This document shows, in pieces, positions 46,701-55,696 of a stretch of 64,000 nt of DNA. Positions within the stretch are counted from its first letter, which is position 1; each line of letters starts with the position of its first letter. The position numbers and the translations under genes are program-made. Source of the DNA: Candidatus Zhuqueibacterota bacterium (GTDB lineage Bacteria > Zhuqueibacterota > Zhuqueibacteria > Oleimicrobiales > Geothermoviventaceae); NCBI GenBank assembly GCA_034506315.1, contig JAPDPT010000009.1, forward strand, positions 6,745 through 70,744, given 5' to 3'. The notes under the pieces were generated by a model that was not told the origin of the DNA, searched no databases, and worked only from the letters and a program-made list of their open reading frames with translations.

Positions 46701-47517
46701 GAAGGAGTTCGACGCCGCTCTGAAGGCCTACGAACGGGCTGCCAGCGATTTCCGACAAACGGAGTGGGGAAGGAGGGCCGAATTCGCCATTGCGCGCACC
46801 CACATGACCTTGAACCACACCGACAAGGCCCTGGAAATCTTGACCAGTCTTCCGCAAAAGTACCCGGATTCCGAGGTGGCGCGCCTGGCCTATCTCAACC
46901 TCGGGGCTTTCTATCGGCAGAACAAGCAGCTGGGCAATGCGATCCTCGCGCTGAATCAGGTCGTTACCGACTCGCTGCGCGCAGAGAGGAGTACCCTGCA
47001 ATCAGCGGAACGGGAACTGATTCGCTGCCTGGACGAGGCGGGCATGTACGACCGGGAAATCCTGCTTCTCCGGGATTACCTTCGTCGCTTCCCGGACGCC
47101 GAGGACCGTTTCGATCGTGAGGTCCAGCTTGGCACCGTCCTCATTCGCCTGAACGAGTACGACCGGGCCATCGCCCACCTGAAAAGCTTGCTGCCTCAGG
47201 CCGGTAGGGAAACGAAGGCGGAGGTTCAGTACTGGATTGGCAAGGCGTATCTGAGCAAGGGCGATCTGGAATCCGGGATTGCCGAGATGCTCAAGGTGAA
47301 GTACGCTTGTCCGCCGACGGCCCTACCCTGGGATGTGACAGCCCTGTTCGAAGCGGCCACCGCCTATCTCCGTTTGGGGGACCTCGATCGTGCGGAAAGC
47401 CTGTTCCAGCAGGTGGTGCGCGAAAAGGGATCGGCCTCCACCTTCGGGCGCAGTGCGCTTCAGCGCCTTCAGGAAATCCAGGAGATGAGGCAAAAGGGAC
47501 TGCACCGGAGTCTGTAA
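43762..47517 (+). CDS. large (~1250 aa) exported tetratricopeptide-repeat protein
   Basis: Signal-peptide-like N-terminus; repeated TPR units (YPSSPLASECLYLAGE, YPNSPHLADALFAL, YPDSEVARLAYLNLG). Confidence 0.85.
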   Translation: MPRSSFCRALPRTIVVLCLSLIGSTASLGQVAVEKEDYEYARRLFNDRLYDLAGGQFLAFVDRYPSSPLASECLYLAGESMRRAGKPQRAAALLSRVVIEYPNSPHLADALFALSEIHQSSGNFAEAALTLERLPLLAPQSPRAAEAYLQAGLLHRRAGNLAACALDLERCLEVAGSDNLRDRARLELARTRLAQGQIDLANSLLRDFVRRQQLDSVAALAVLDLAAIRARVLDYAGAEELYAKIQQASVPASLKHLAALGRARLALDKGEWPQAEAMCRDLLKAQGVPDTLAWRARCLLAVALASQNGLVEALHAVEGDLGNLPLAAKRCVLAARLLLAEQSGDAARVSANAFQLFELSRTDSLARPWMAFSLAHLLPHSADPAAHAKALELARAWPAADSLYGLTLLVARSLARTPGGGVRGAALLSEFVLQHAHSPHVDNAIYLLARVLLEQGDVWQARAELVRLLSSYPESDVQSDALSLLDSLQHHDPLPPPRAFVGALSNALAASLEPGAERFLWATRAALEVARDYRLAAALARRALEAREPGTRTEALRLLARSYLGQARALQLAGRPGEAVPYADSARTVLEALKLRAPEAFGCEERAAYVRAIILGSLDAFHKLDALAAFDRDSTSATSAPGCAEPLLVHAQVLWGASDRGRNRTLAKEASRLAEAASAVGTDSLASEGLWLAIEAALASGDSSRARQLMERYLGRFAPRAPNWGRVSRQYAQILEGSGRFEDAAQRWAQLMRHRFYSPLALEAREGLGHCLARLGRYEEALAVLRASGPTFPADLWEPSVARLSPLEGESCRRVFAEADALAGLGRKREAVSVLARARSHLQPLTAECEAELLTRESALLAQVGDLGGAGFALEQLYRNPALPAQARERAGVEWLGVLFEQGRYADVADQGERLWSQAQNRATALRAAELAIVAALRLDRLDRARSWVARLEKDYGKGKETADVRARFAYEEGEYYFRQKEFDAALKAYERAASDFRQTEWGRRAEFAIARTHMTLNHTDKALEILTSLPQKYPDSEVARLAYLNLGAFYRQNKQLGNAILALNQVVTDSLRAERSTLQSAERELIRCLDEAGMYDREILLLRDYLRRFPDAEDRFDREVQLGTVLIRLNEYDRAIAHLKSLLPQAGRETKAEVQYWIGKAYLSKGDLESGIAEMLKVKYACPPTALPWDVTALFEAATAYLRLGDLDRAESLFQQVVREKGSASTFGRSALQRLQEIQEMRQKGLHRSL

Positions 47518-47552
47518 CTGCTGCGCTTCCTGGCGACGAGCAAGGTTTCCCC

Positions 47553-47582
47553 TTGCCTGAAACCCGACCGGTTGCGTATATT
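47553..47582 (+). promoter_or_regulatory. possible sigma-70 promoter upstream of the zinc-ribbon gene
   Basis: TTGCCT, 18 bp, TATATT, in an AT-richer intergenic tract. Confidence 0.5.
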
Positions 47583-47699
47583 GTGCGCTGAAATCAGAGG
47601 AAGAATCGAGAAGATTATAGTCTTATGGCCCCAGGCTTCTGGCAAAATGAAGCGGAGAGTTGAGAATCAAGAAGAATCCCACCTTTGTCCCACCGAGAG

Positions 47700-47731
47700 A
47701 AGGTGCATCGTTTTTCCGATGCACCTTTTTT
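47700..47731 (+). terminator. intrinsic terminator (possibly an attenuator)
   Basis: Perfect 11-bp stem AAGGTGCATCG/CGATGCACCTT, 6-nt loop, T6 tract. Confidence 0.85.
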
Positions 47732-47781
47732 CGTAACCACGGCGTAGGACCCGGGTGTAGCCAGAGGGCGGAGAGGAGAGA

Positions 47782-48507
47782 TTGAACGCGCAACTACTGG
47801 TTCTGGTACAGCTCCAAGAGGTGGACAGTGAGCTTCAACGCCTCGAGGCGACCAAAGGGGATCTGCCGCATCGCGTCAATGCCCTTCGGTCGCGCAAGGA
47901 GGCGTTGGATGCGAGGGTTGTCGAGCTCAGGGAGGGCCTGGAAGGTGCCAAGCAGGAGAGGTCGCGGGCGGAAAGCGACTTTGAGCTCTTGAAAGAACAG
48001 AAGGCCAAGTACCAGAAGCAGCTTCTTACCGTTCGCAACAACCGGGAATACGACGCCGTTACGGCTGAGATCGAGGCGGCTGAGCGAGGCCTCGATCAGC
48101 TGGAGACGAAGATTATCGAGCTTCTCGAGGCGGAATCGCGGTACAAGTCCGAGCTGGAGAAGGCCGAGAAGGAGCTGTCCTCGGTAGCGGGGGAACTGGA
48201 GCAGGTGGAGAAGGCCTTGCAGGAGAAGACGCGTCTGATCGAAAGCGAGCAGCAGAGGCTTTCTTCCCAGCGGGAGAGGCTGTTGTTGCAGATCGAGCGT
48301 CCGCTGCTGGCGAGTTACGAGCGGATTCGGCGGGCTAAAGGGGGGCTTGCAGTGGTTCCCGTAGCGCGGGGCGCCTGCGGTGGCTGTTTTACCCAGATTC
48401 CAGCGCAGAGAGCGCTGGAAATCCGTGCCGGGGACCGCATCTTCACCTGTGAGGTGTGCGGGCGTTACCTCTACTGGAAGGACGACACCTATTCGGGCTC
48501 TCGCTGA
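47782..48507 (+). CDS. coiled-coil protein with C4-type zinc ribbon (DUF164/CT398-like)
   Basis: Long coiled coil; VRNNREYDA; C-terminal CGGC..IPAQ..CEVCGR. Confidence 0.92.
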   Translation: MNAQLLVLVQLQEVDSELQRLEATKGDLPHRVNALRSRKEALDARVVELREGLEGAKQERSRAESDFELLKEQKAKYQKQLLTVRNNREYDAVTAEIEAAERGLDQLETKIIELLEAESRYKSELEKAEKELSSVAGELEQVEKALQEKTRLIESEQQRLSSQRERLLLQIERPLLASYERIRRAKGGLAVVPVARGACGGCFTQIPAQRALEIRAGDRIFTCEVCGRYLYWKDDTYSGSR

Positions 48508-48570
48508 GGCCCTTGGGTGGGGAACCGGCGCGGGGCAGCGCTCGTTGACGGCAGTGGATTGAGGGCATCG

Positions 48571-48948
48571 GAGGGTGGGCCGGACGGTCGCGCCGTGGCT
48601 GCGCCGGCAGCGCACGGTGAGGAAAGTCCGAACTCCACAGGGCAGGGTGGTCGGTAACGCCGACCCGTCGCAAGGCGGGGAAAGTGCCACAGAAAACAAA
48701 CCGCCCCGATGAGCTCGGGGTAAGGGTGAAAAGGCGGGGTAAGAGCCCACCGCTCCGGCGGCGACGTCGGAGGCACGGCAAACCCCACCCGGAGCAAGGC
48801 CAAATAGGAGGGGATGGACTGGCCCGGTCCGCTTGACCCTCGGGTAGGCCGCTTGAGCCTGGCGGCAACGTCAGGCCCAGATAGATGACCGTCTCGGCTC
48901 CGCTGCAATGCGGGGCTCAGACAGAATTCGGCTTACAGGCCCACCCCC
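48571..48948 (+). ncRNA. rnpB: RNase P RNA, bacterial type A
   Basis: GAGGAAAGTCC, GAAAGTGCCACAGAAA, GGTAAGAGC, GGCAAACCCC, GAGCAAG and ACAGAATTCGGCTTA landmarks; P1 GGGTGGGCC/GGCCCACCC; T tract downstream. Confidence 0.97.
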
Positions 48949-49015
48949 GGCGCCTTTTTTCCTTTCCCTTACGGGGCCCGGTAAGGCGAGGCAGGTTCTT
49001 TGACGAGGCTTGCGG

Positions 49016-50713
49016 ATGCGCGCGAAATGGACTCTTCTGGACGCTCATTCCCCGGAAGAGGTGCGGCGTTTGGCGCAGGAGCTGAATGTTCCCCTCCCCA
49101 TCGCAAAGATCCTGATGAACCGCGGCATCCGAAGCTACGAAGAGGCGAAAACCTTCTTCCGCCCCAATCTCTCCTCCCTCCACAACCCCTTTCTCCTTTC
49201 CGACATGGACGAGGCGGTCCGCTTGCTCCTCCGCGCCATCCGGGAGCGAAAGCCCGTCCTGATCTACGGGGACTACGATGTGGACGGCATCACCGGCACC
49301 GCCCTCCTGTATCGGTTCCTGCACCGCCTCGGCGTTCCGGTCTTCTACTACATTCCGGATCGGCTGGCCGAGGGATATGGCTTGTCGGAGCGAGGAGTCC
49401 GTGAGGCGGCCGCACGGGGGGCAAAGCTCCTCCTTACCATCGACTGCGGCGTCACGGCGGCAGCGGAGGTGGAGCTGGCACGCCAGCTCGGCATGGACGT
49501 GATTGTGACCGATCATCACGAGCCAGGCGACCGCCTCCCCCCGGCCAATGCAGTTCTCGATCCCAAGAAGCCCGGGTGCAACTACCCCTTCCCCGATCTT
49601 GCCGGGGTGGGAGTCGCCTTCAAGATGCTGCAGGGGGTGGTGCAGGAGCTGCGCGTCTCCGCCGATACCCTGTACGACGCTTTGGACCTCGTCGCGGTGG
49701 GGACGGCGGCCGACATCGTTCCCCTGGTAGGCGAGAACCGGACGCTGGTGAAAATCGGGTTGGAGCGACTGTCCGACACCCGTGTGGTGGGCCTAAGGGC
49801 GTTGCTCGAGGTGAGCGGGCTAAAGGGGCGGCAGATTTCCACCGGCCACGTCGTGTTCATCCTTGCTCCCCGGATCAACGCCGTGGGCCGAATGGGGGAT
49901 GCGTCCCGGGCAGTGGAGCTTTTGATCACTCCGGACCCCAACCGGGCGCGGCAGATTGCCTCCGTGCTCGAAGCGGAAAACCGCCAGCGCAGGAGCGTCG
50001 ACGAAGAGACCTTCCGCGAGGCAGACGCCCTGGTGGGCGACGAATGCGAACTGACTCGCGATGCCGTCATCGTGCTGGCCATGGAAGGATGGCACCCAGG
50101 CGTGATCGGGATCGTGGCCTCACGTCTGGCTGAGCGCTACTATCGGCCGACGGTTATGATCGCGATAGAAAATGGCATCGGCCGAGGCTCCGCGCGCAGC
50201 ATCCCGGAGTTCGATATCTACAGCGCCCTAACCCAATGCGAGCACTTGCTGCTGCAGTACGGTGGGCATCGATATGCCGCCGGGCTGCTTATCGAAGAGG
50301 ACAAAATAGCCGAGTTTCGGCGGCGCCTGAATGAGATCGCTTCCTCGCAGCTCAATGTGGCGGCTTTGGCGCCCTCTCTCAAGATCGATGCGGAGCTCGA
50401 CCTCGACCAAGTAGACGGTCGATTCTATCAGCTTCTGCGGCTGTTCGAGCCGTATGGCCCCCAGAACATGCGTCCCGTTTTCCTGTCCCGCAACCTTCAG
50501 GTGGTCGGCGCCCCCACGGTTGTCGGGGGGAATCACCTGAAGTTCCAGGTCAAAAGCAAATCGAAGGTCTTTCCAGCGATCGGGTTCGGGATGGGTGACC
50601 TGATAGGGGAGCTTCCGCCGGGGAGGCGGGGTTTGAGCCTGGTCTACGTGATCGAAGAGGACGAATACCAGGGGATGCGTACGCTTCATCTCCGCGTCAA
50701 GGATTTCCAGTAG
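49016..50713 (+). CDS. recJ: single-stranded-DNA-specific exonuclease RecJ
   Basis: IYGDYDVDG, YIPDRLAEGYG, TIDCG, DHH, PRINAVGR and GGHRYAAG motifs. Confidence 0.97.
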   Translation: MRAKWTLLDAHSPEEVRRLAQELNVPLPIAKILMNRGIRSYEEAKTFFRPNLSSLHNPFLLSDMDEAVRLLLRAIRERKPVLIYGDYDVDGITGTALLYRFLHRLGVPVFYYIPDRLAEGYGLSERGVREAAARGAKLLLTIDCGVTAAAEVELARQLGMDVIVTDHHEPGDRLPPANAVLDPKKPGCNYPFPDLAGVGVAFKMLQGVVQELRVSADTLYDALDLVAVGTAADIVPLVGENRTLVKIGLERLSDTRVVGLRALLEVSGLKGRQISTGHVVFILAPRINAVGRMGDASRAVELLITPDPNRARQIASVLEAENRQRRSVDEETFREADALVGDECELTRDAVIVLAMEGWHPGVIGIVASRLAERYYRPTVMIAIENGIGRGSARSIPEFDIYSALTQCEHLLLQYGGHRYAAGLLIEEDKIAEFRRRLNEIASSQLNVAALAPSLKIDAELDLDQVDGRFYQLLRLFEPYGPQNMRPVFLSRNLQVVGAPTVVGGNHLKFQVKSKSKVFPAIGFGMGDLIGELPPGRRGLSLVYVIEEDEYQGMRTLHLRVKDFQ

Positions 50714-50877
50714 GCTCGGGGGCGGCGCGAGGAAGCTGCACAAGGTCGTGGCGGGCCCACAATCCTGTCTCGGCAAGGTCGGGGCCAATAGAGAGGGCCA
50801 AGCGCGGAGCCGGATCCAGCGGCGGGATCGTGAGGGGGGAGGAAATGGGTGGTGGCTAAACGTGAGTACGCTCAGCA

Positions 50878-51474
50878 ATGAACACAGCGCTGATAGCTGA
50901 GAGCGCTTTTCCGCCAAAATCGCGCCGAGCGGCGAGGGAACTCGCCCTGCAGGTGCTTTACGCTCTGGAATTCCAATCGCAGGAAGACCCCCTGCGGATG
51001 TACCACGACGTGGTCTACGAATTCGCGCGCGAAGACGCCGACAGCCCCTTTGCCCGTGAGCTTGTGCTGAAGACGTTTCAGCACCGTCAGGAGCTGGATC
51101 GGCTCATCGAGACGAGGAGCGCGAACTGGGACCTGGAACGGATGGCCATCATCGATCGCATCGTGCTCCGAATGGCCCTCTGCGAATTCCTCTATTTTCC
51201 GGACATCCCACCGAAGGTTTCGATCGATGAGGCGATCGAGATCGCCAAGCGCTTCAGCACCGAAAAGAGCGGCAAGTTCGTCAACGGGATACTGGATTCG
51301 CTCCTCGCCGACTTGCGCACCTCTGGCAGAATCGTGAAAAGCGGGCGAGGGCTTATCGACAGGTCCCTGGAAGAGTTGCGGGACGAAGCAAGCGACGCAA
51401 GTCCGGGCCTCGCCGTACGACGCAGCGAGGATGAGGACGAGGGCTCCGATCGGGATCGGGGAACGGAAGGGTGA
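50878..51474 (+). CDS. nusB: transcription antitermination factor NusB
   Basis: RRAARELALQVLY, NWDLERMAIIDR, IDEAIEIAKRFS and FVNGILD motifs. Confidence 0.95.
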   Translation: MNTALIAESAFPPKSRRAARELALQVLYALEFQSQEDPLRMYHDVVYEFAREDADSPFARELVLKTFQHRQELDRLIETRSANWDLERMAIIDRIVLRMALCEFLYFPDIPPKVSIDEAIEIAKRFSTEKSGKFVNGILDSLLADLRTSGRIVKSGRGLIDRSLEELRDEASDASPGLAVRRSEDEDEGSDRDRGTEG

Positions 51475-51652
51475 GAGGACCGGGCTGGGTTCCAGTTTCG
51501 CTCCTCAATCGTCCGGGGGGCAGGACATACACGGAACGCGGATCGATAGGGGAGGGTTAAACCAGCGAACTTGCTGTTCGTGAAGTGGACCACACCAAGG
51601 GTGTCTTTGCAGGGATCTACGGTAGCGGCTATCAAGAGAAGGAATGTGGCCG

Positions 51653-54600
51653 ATGGCAAGTCTGATCGCAAAGATCTTTGGTACGAAGCACGAGCGGGAT
51701 ATTAAGAAGATCATGCCCATCGTGAGGCAGATCAATGAGATTTACGAGTCCTACCACAGCCTCACCGATGAGCAGCTTCGCGCCAAGACCCTCGAGTTCA
51801 AGGATCGCATTCGGCAGCGGGTGGAGCCGATCCAAAGGCGGATCGCGGAGCTCGAAGAGCTGCTGCGCGCCGATGTAGTCGGCGGCGACGGACGGGAGGA
51901 GATCGTCCCAGAGCGCATCCGTGAGGAGATCGCGCAGCTTGAAGACGAAGAGTTCCGCATTACCCAGAAGACGCTCGACGAGATCCTCCCCGAAGCGTAC
52001 GCGGCCGTTAAGGAGACCTGCCGTAGGCTGGTCGGACAGCGCTGGAAGGTGACGGGCCACGAGATCGAATGGGACATGATCCCGTTCGACGTGCAGCTGA
52101 TCGGGGCCGTAGTGCTGCACCAGGGGAAAATCGCTGAGATGGCCACAGGTGAGGGTAAGACGCTTGTGGCCACAATGCCCCTCTACCTCAATGCTCTCCC
52201 TGGTAAGGGGGTCCATCTTGTGACGGTCAACGACTACCTCGCGCAGCGCGACGCCGAGTGGATGGGGAAGATCTACGAGTTCCTGGGCCTGAGCGTTGCC
52301 TACATCACCAACGACATGACGCCGCCGCAGCGGAAGAAGGCCTACCTCGCAGATATCACTTACGGTACGAACAATGAGTTCGGCTTCGATTACCTGCGCG
52401 ACAACATGGCCATCCGTCTGGAGGATCAGGTTCAGCGCGGCCACTACTACGCCATCATCGATGAGGTCGATTCCGTACTGATCGACGAGGCCCGTACCCC
52501 GCTGATTATCTCCGGTCCGGTGGAGCATTCCTTCCACCGCTTCTCGGAGATGAAGCCCCTCGTGGAGTCCCTGGTCCGGAAGCAGACGCATCTGGTCAAC
52601 TCGATCGTGGCCGAGGCTGAACGCCTGCTGGGAGAGGGAAAGGAGTACGAGGCGGGGATCCGCCTCTTGCAGGCCCTGCGCGGGGCTCCCAAGAACAAGA
52701 GGCTGATGAAGCTCCTGCTGGAGCCCGGCATCAAAAAGCTGATCAACCACGTGGAAAACGACTTCCTCCGCGACAAGCGGATGCACGAGATCGACGAGGA
52801 GCTCTATTTCGTCATCGATGAGAGAAGCCACACCATCGATCTCACCGAAAAGGGCCGGGAGGAGCTTTCGCCTCAGGACCCCGAGCTCTTCGTGATCCCT
52901 GATCTGGGCACGGAGCTGGCCAGGATCGCGGACGATCAGACCCTCAGCCCTGAGGAGAAAATCCGCAAGCGGGAGGAGGTCGAGCAGCTGCACGCCGAGC
53001 GCAGCGAGCGGGTGCACAACATCTCCCAGCTCCTTCGCGCGTACTCCCTCTTTGAGCGGGACGTGGATTACATCGTGACGGAGGACGGACGGGTCGTAAT
53101 CGTCGACGAGTTCACCGGCCGCCTGATGCCGGGGCGCCGCTACTCCGACGGCCTCCACCAGGCGCTCGAGGCCAAGGAGGGGGTCAAGATCGAGCGGGAA
53201 ACCCAAACGCTGGCCACGATCACCCTGCAGAACTACTTCCGCAAGTACAAGAAGCTGGCCGGGATGACGGGCACGGCGGCGACCGAAGCCCACGAATTCT
53301 GGGAAATCTACAAGCTGGACGTGGTCGTCATTCCCACCAATAAACCGGTCCGGCGAATCGACTACGACGACGTGGTGTACCGCACCAAGCGGGAGAAGTA
53401 CAACGCCATCATCGAGGAAATCGAGGAATTGTACCGGCAAAAACGGCCGGTGCTGGTGGGAACCACCTCGGTGGAGGTCTCGGAGACCCTGAGCCGAATG
53501 CTGCGGCGAAGGGGTATTCCCCACAACGTCCTCAATGCCAAGTATCATCAGAAGGAGGCGGAGATCGTCGCCCGGGCGGGGCAACCTGGTGCCGTCACCA
53601 TCGCCACGAACATGGCGGGAAGGGGTACGGACATCAAACTGGGGCCGGGGGTGGTGAAGCATCCGAACTGTGCTCTGGTCAAACCGGAGCCGGGCATGGA
53701 GCCCTGCCCGTACATCCACGAGTATCGCTGCTACGAAGATGTGCCGTGCGGGCTGCGCATCATCGGCACCGAACGCCATGAAGCGCGTCGCATCGATCTT
53801 CAGCTGCGGGGTCGCGCGGGTCGACAGGGCGATCCCGGCTCCTCTCGCTTCTATCTATCGCTCGAAGATGATCTGATGCGGCTTTTTGGCTCCGACCGGA
53901 TTGCGGCGATCATGGACCGGCTCGGAGTTCAGGAAGGGGAGGTCATTACCCATCGCATGGTCAGCAAGTCTATCGAGCGGGCCCAGAAGCGGGTCGAGAT
54001 GCAGAATTTCGAGATCCGCAAGCACCTGCTCGAGTACGATGATGTGATGAATCGCCAGCGCGAGGTGATCTACGCGATGCGGAACCAGGCCCTGCGCGGG
54101 GAAAATCTGCGTCAGGACATGATGGACCGCATCGAGCAGTTCGCCGATGACCTGGTGAGCAAGTACGCTTCGCAAAGCAAGTACCCGGACGATTGGAACT
54201 GGGAGGCAATTCAGCGCGATTTCCAGCGGACGATCCGTCGGCCCCTCTTGATCAACGCTGAGGAGCGGCTTACCCTCAAGCCCGAAGACTTGTTCGCTCG
54301 CATCCGTGACCAGGCTATCCAAGCCTATGTGGAGAAAGAAAAGGCGGTCGGCGAGCCGGCCATGCGCCAGCTGGAACGCCTCGCCACGCTGTACGTGATC
54401 GACGAGCGCTGGCGCGATCACCTCTACGCCATGGACCAGCTCAAGGAAGGCATTGGACTGCGGGCGTACGGGCAGAAGGATCCGCTCATCGAGTACAAGA
54501 GCGAAAGCTTCAACATGTTCCAGGAGCTCCTGGAGGACATCAATCGCTCGGTGCTGGAGCTCATTTTCAAGACGCAGGTCACCGTGGAGGTGCCGCTCCC

Positions 54601-54841
54601 CGTGCGCCGTCGCCGGCCGGTTCCGGAGCAACTCCAGGCGGTCCACGCACCGACCGTCGGGATGGGCCTCACGGCTGCCGCCCCGGTTGGTGAGGCGAGC
54701 GAAATCGTTACCTCCCAGCCAGGGGGACCTGCCCAGGTGAAGCGACAGCCCATTAAGCTGGGGCAGAAGATTGGTCGCAATGACCCCTGCTGGTGCGGCA
54801 GCGGAAAGAAGTACAAGCACTGCCATGGCCGGATGCTGTAG
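51653..54841 (+). CDS. secA: preprotein translocase subunit SecA (long FCB-type; C-terminal SEC-C motif)
   Basis: EMATGEGKT, VNDYLA, DEVDS, NMAGRGTDI, GRAGRQGDPG; GRNDPCWCGSGKKYKHCH. Confidence 0.98.
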   Translation: MASLIAKIFGTKHERDIKKIMPIVRQINEIYESYHSLTDEQLRAKTLEFKDRIRQRVEPIQRRIAELEELLRADVVGGDGREEIVPERIREEIAQLEDEEFRITQKTLDEILPEAYAAVKETCRRLVGQRWKVTGHEIEWDMIPFDVQLIGAVVLHQGKIAEMATGEGKTLVATMPLYLNALPGKGVHLVTVNDYLAQRDAEWMGKIYEFLGLSVAYITNDMTPPQRKKAYLADITYGTNNEFGFDYLRDNMAIRLEDQVQRGHYYAIIDEVDSVLIDEARTPLIISGPVEHSFHRFSEMKPLVESLVRKQTHLVNSIVAEAERLLGEGKEYEAGIRLLQALRGAPKNKRLMKLLLEPGIKKLINHVENDFLRDKRMHEIDEELYFVIDERSHTIDLTEKGREELSPQDPELFVIPDLGTELARIADDQTLSPEEKIRKREEVEQLHAERSERVHNISQLLRAYSLFERDVDYIVTEDGRVVIVDEFTGRLMPGRRYSDGLHQALEAKEGVKIERETQTLATITLQNYFRKYKKLAGMTGTAATEAHEFWEIYKLDVVVIPTNKPVRRIDYDDVVYRTKREKYNAIIEEIEELYRQKRPVLVGTTSVEVSETLSRMLRRRGIPHNVLNAKYHQKEAEIVARAGQPGAVTIATNMAGRGTDIKLGPGVVKHPNCALVKPEPGMEPCPYIHEYRCYEDVPCGLRIIGTERHEARRIDLQLRGRAGRQGDPGSSRFYLSLEDDLMRLFGSDRIAAIMDRLGVQEGEVITHRMVSKSIERAQKRVEMQNFEIRKHLLEYDDVMNRQREVIYAMRNQALRGENLRQDMMDRIEQFADDLVSKYASQSKYPDDWNWEAIQRDFQRTIRRPLLINAEERLTLKPEDLFARIRDQAIQAYVEKEKAVGEPAMRQLERLATLYVIDERWRDHLYAMDQLKEGIGLRAYGQKDPLIEYKSESFNMFQELLEDINRSVLELIFKTQVTVEVPLPVRRRRPVPEQLQAVHAPTVGMGLTAAAPVGEASEIVTSQPGGPAQVKRQPIKLGQKIGRNDPCWCGSGKKYKHCHGRML

Positions 54842-55061
54842 CGCGTGCTCTCCTTGGGAGCCGCGTACCGTCGCAGGTGGAAAGGATGTGAGCTTGGGAC
54901 CGAACGGGGGTAAGGTGAGGGGACTTCCTTCCAGATCGTTGTGGGCTCGAGGTTCTTCAAATCCGCGGGGTTGCGCGTAGAGAGAAAAGGGGAGGGAGGC
55001 TGAGGCAGGGGGGAGGAGACCTTCCGAGGCGGCCAAGGCTATGAAATCTTGATAATAAGGC

Positions 55062-55089
55062 TTGATTTTGCGGGGCCCGTTCCTATATT
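55062..55089 (+). promoter_or_regulatory. possible sigma-70 promoter for smg-topA-xerC
   Basis: TTGATT, 16 bp, TATATT. Confidence 0.45.
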
Positions 55090-55142
55090 GGCGCAAGCAC
55101 GCTCGGGGGATCAAGACGAAGTCACGCCTGGAGGGAGAGAAA

Positions 55143-55610
55143 ATGAACGAGCGCGTGATCGAGATCTTGGTGTACATCATGTCGGAGATCCGGAATCGAC
55201 GGACCGGGATCGGACGACTGGAAGCGCTCTCCCAGGACCTCCTTCAGCAGGGCTACAGCGAAAGCGAGATCAGCTCCGCCTTTGCCTGGCTGTTCGAACG
55301 GATGGACGAGGACCTCGAGCGGCTGGATGAGGGTTTTGGAGCGACAGGTCACCCCACCTTCCGAATCCTCCACGAAGCGGAACGCGCGGTCATCCAACCG
55401 CAGGCCTATGGCTACCTCCTCCAGCTGCACGACCTGGGCATCATCGACGAGGCGGAGATGGAGGCCGCCATCGACCGGGCCATGATGCTCGGGACCGACA
55501 CCGTGGATGTGGACACCATGCGCTCGATTGTGGCGTCCATCCTCTTCAACACGGACTTTCCTTTTGGGAGCTCCTCGCTCTTCTTCGAGGGGAACACCAC
55601 CATCCACTGA
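55143..55610 (+). CDS. smg: Smg / DUF494 family protein
   Basis: IEILVY, GYSESEISSAFAWL, FRILHEAE and LGII motifs; sits directly upstream of topA. Confidence 0.85.
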   Translation: MNERVIEILVYIMSEIRNRRTGIGRLEALSQDLLQQGYSESEISSAFAWLFERMDEDLERLDEGFGATGHPTFRILHEAERAVIQPQAYGYLLQLHDLGIIDEAEMEAAIDRAMMLGTDTVDVDTMRSIVASILFNTDFPFGSSSLFFEGNTTIH

Positions 55611-55696
55611 GGCATTACAGCCAGTAGCGAAAGAATCCGGATCAACTGCCGAAAGACAGGACGGGCGCAGTACGGCTTACGGGACGCGAGGAAGAC

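Noticed and set aside
47586-47600. c-di-AMP (ydaO) riboswitch-like CTGAAATCAGAG
   Set aside because: None of the remaining conserved ydaO elements follow.
51632-53779. Long antisense ORFs (e.g. 3733-5817, 18638-20179, 23089-24735, 51632-53779)
   Set aside because: These are shadow ORFs opposite well-supported genes, expected at this GC content, with no recognisable domains.
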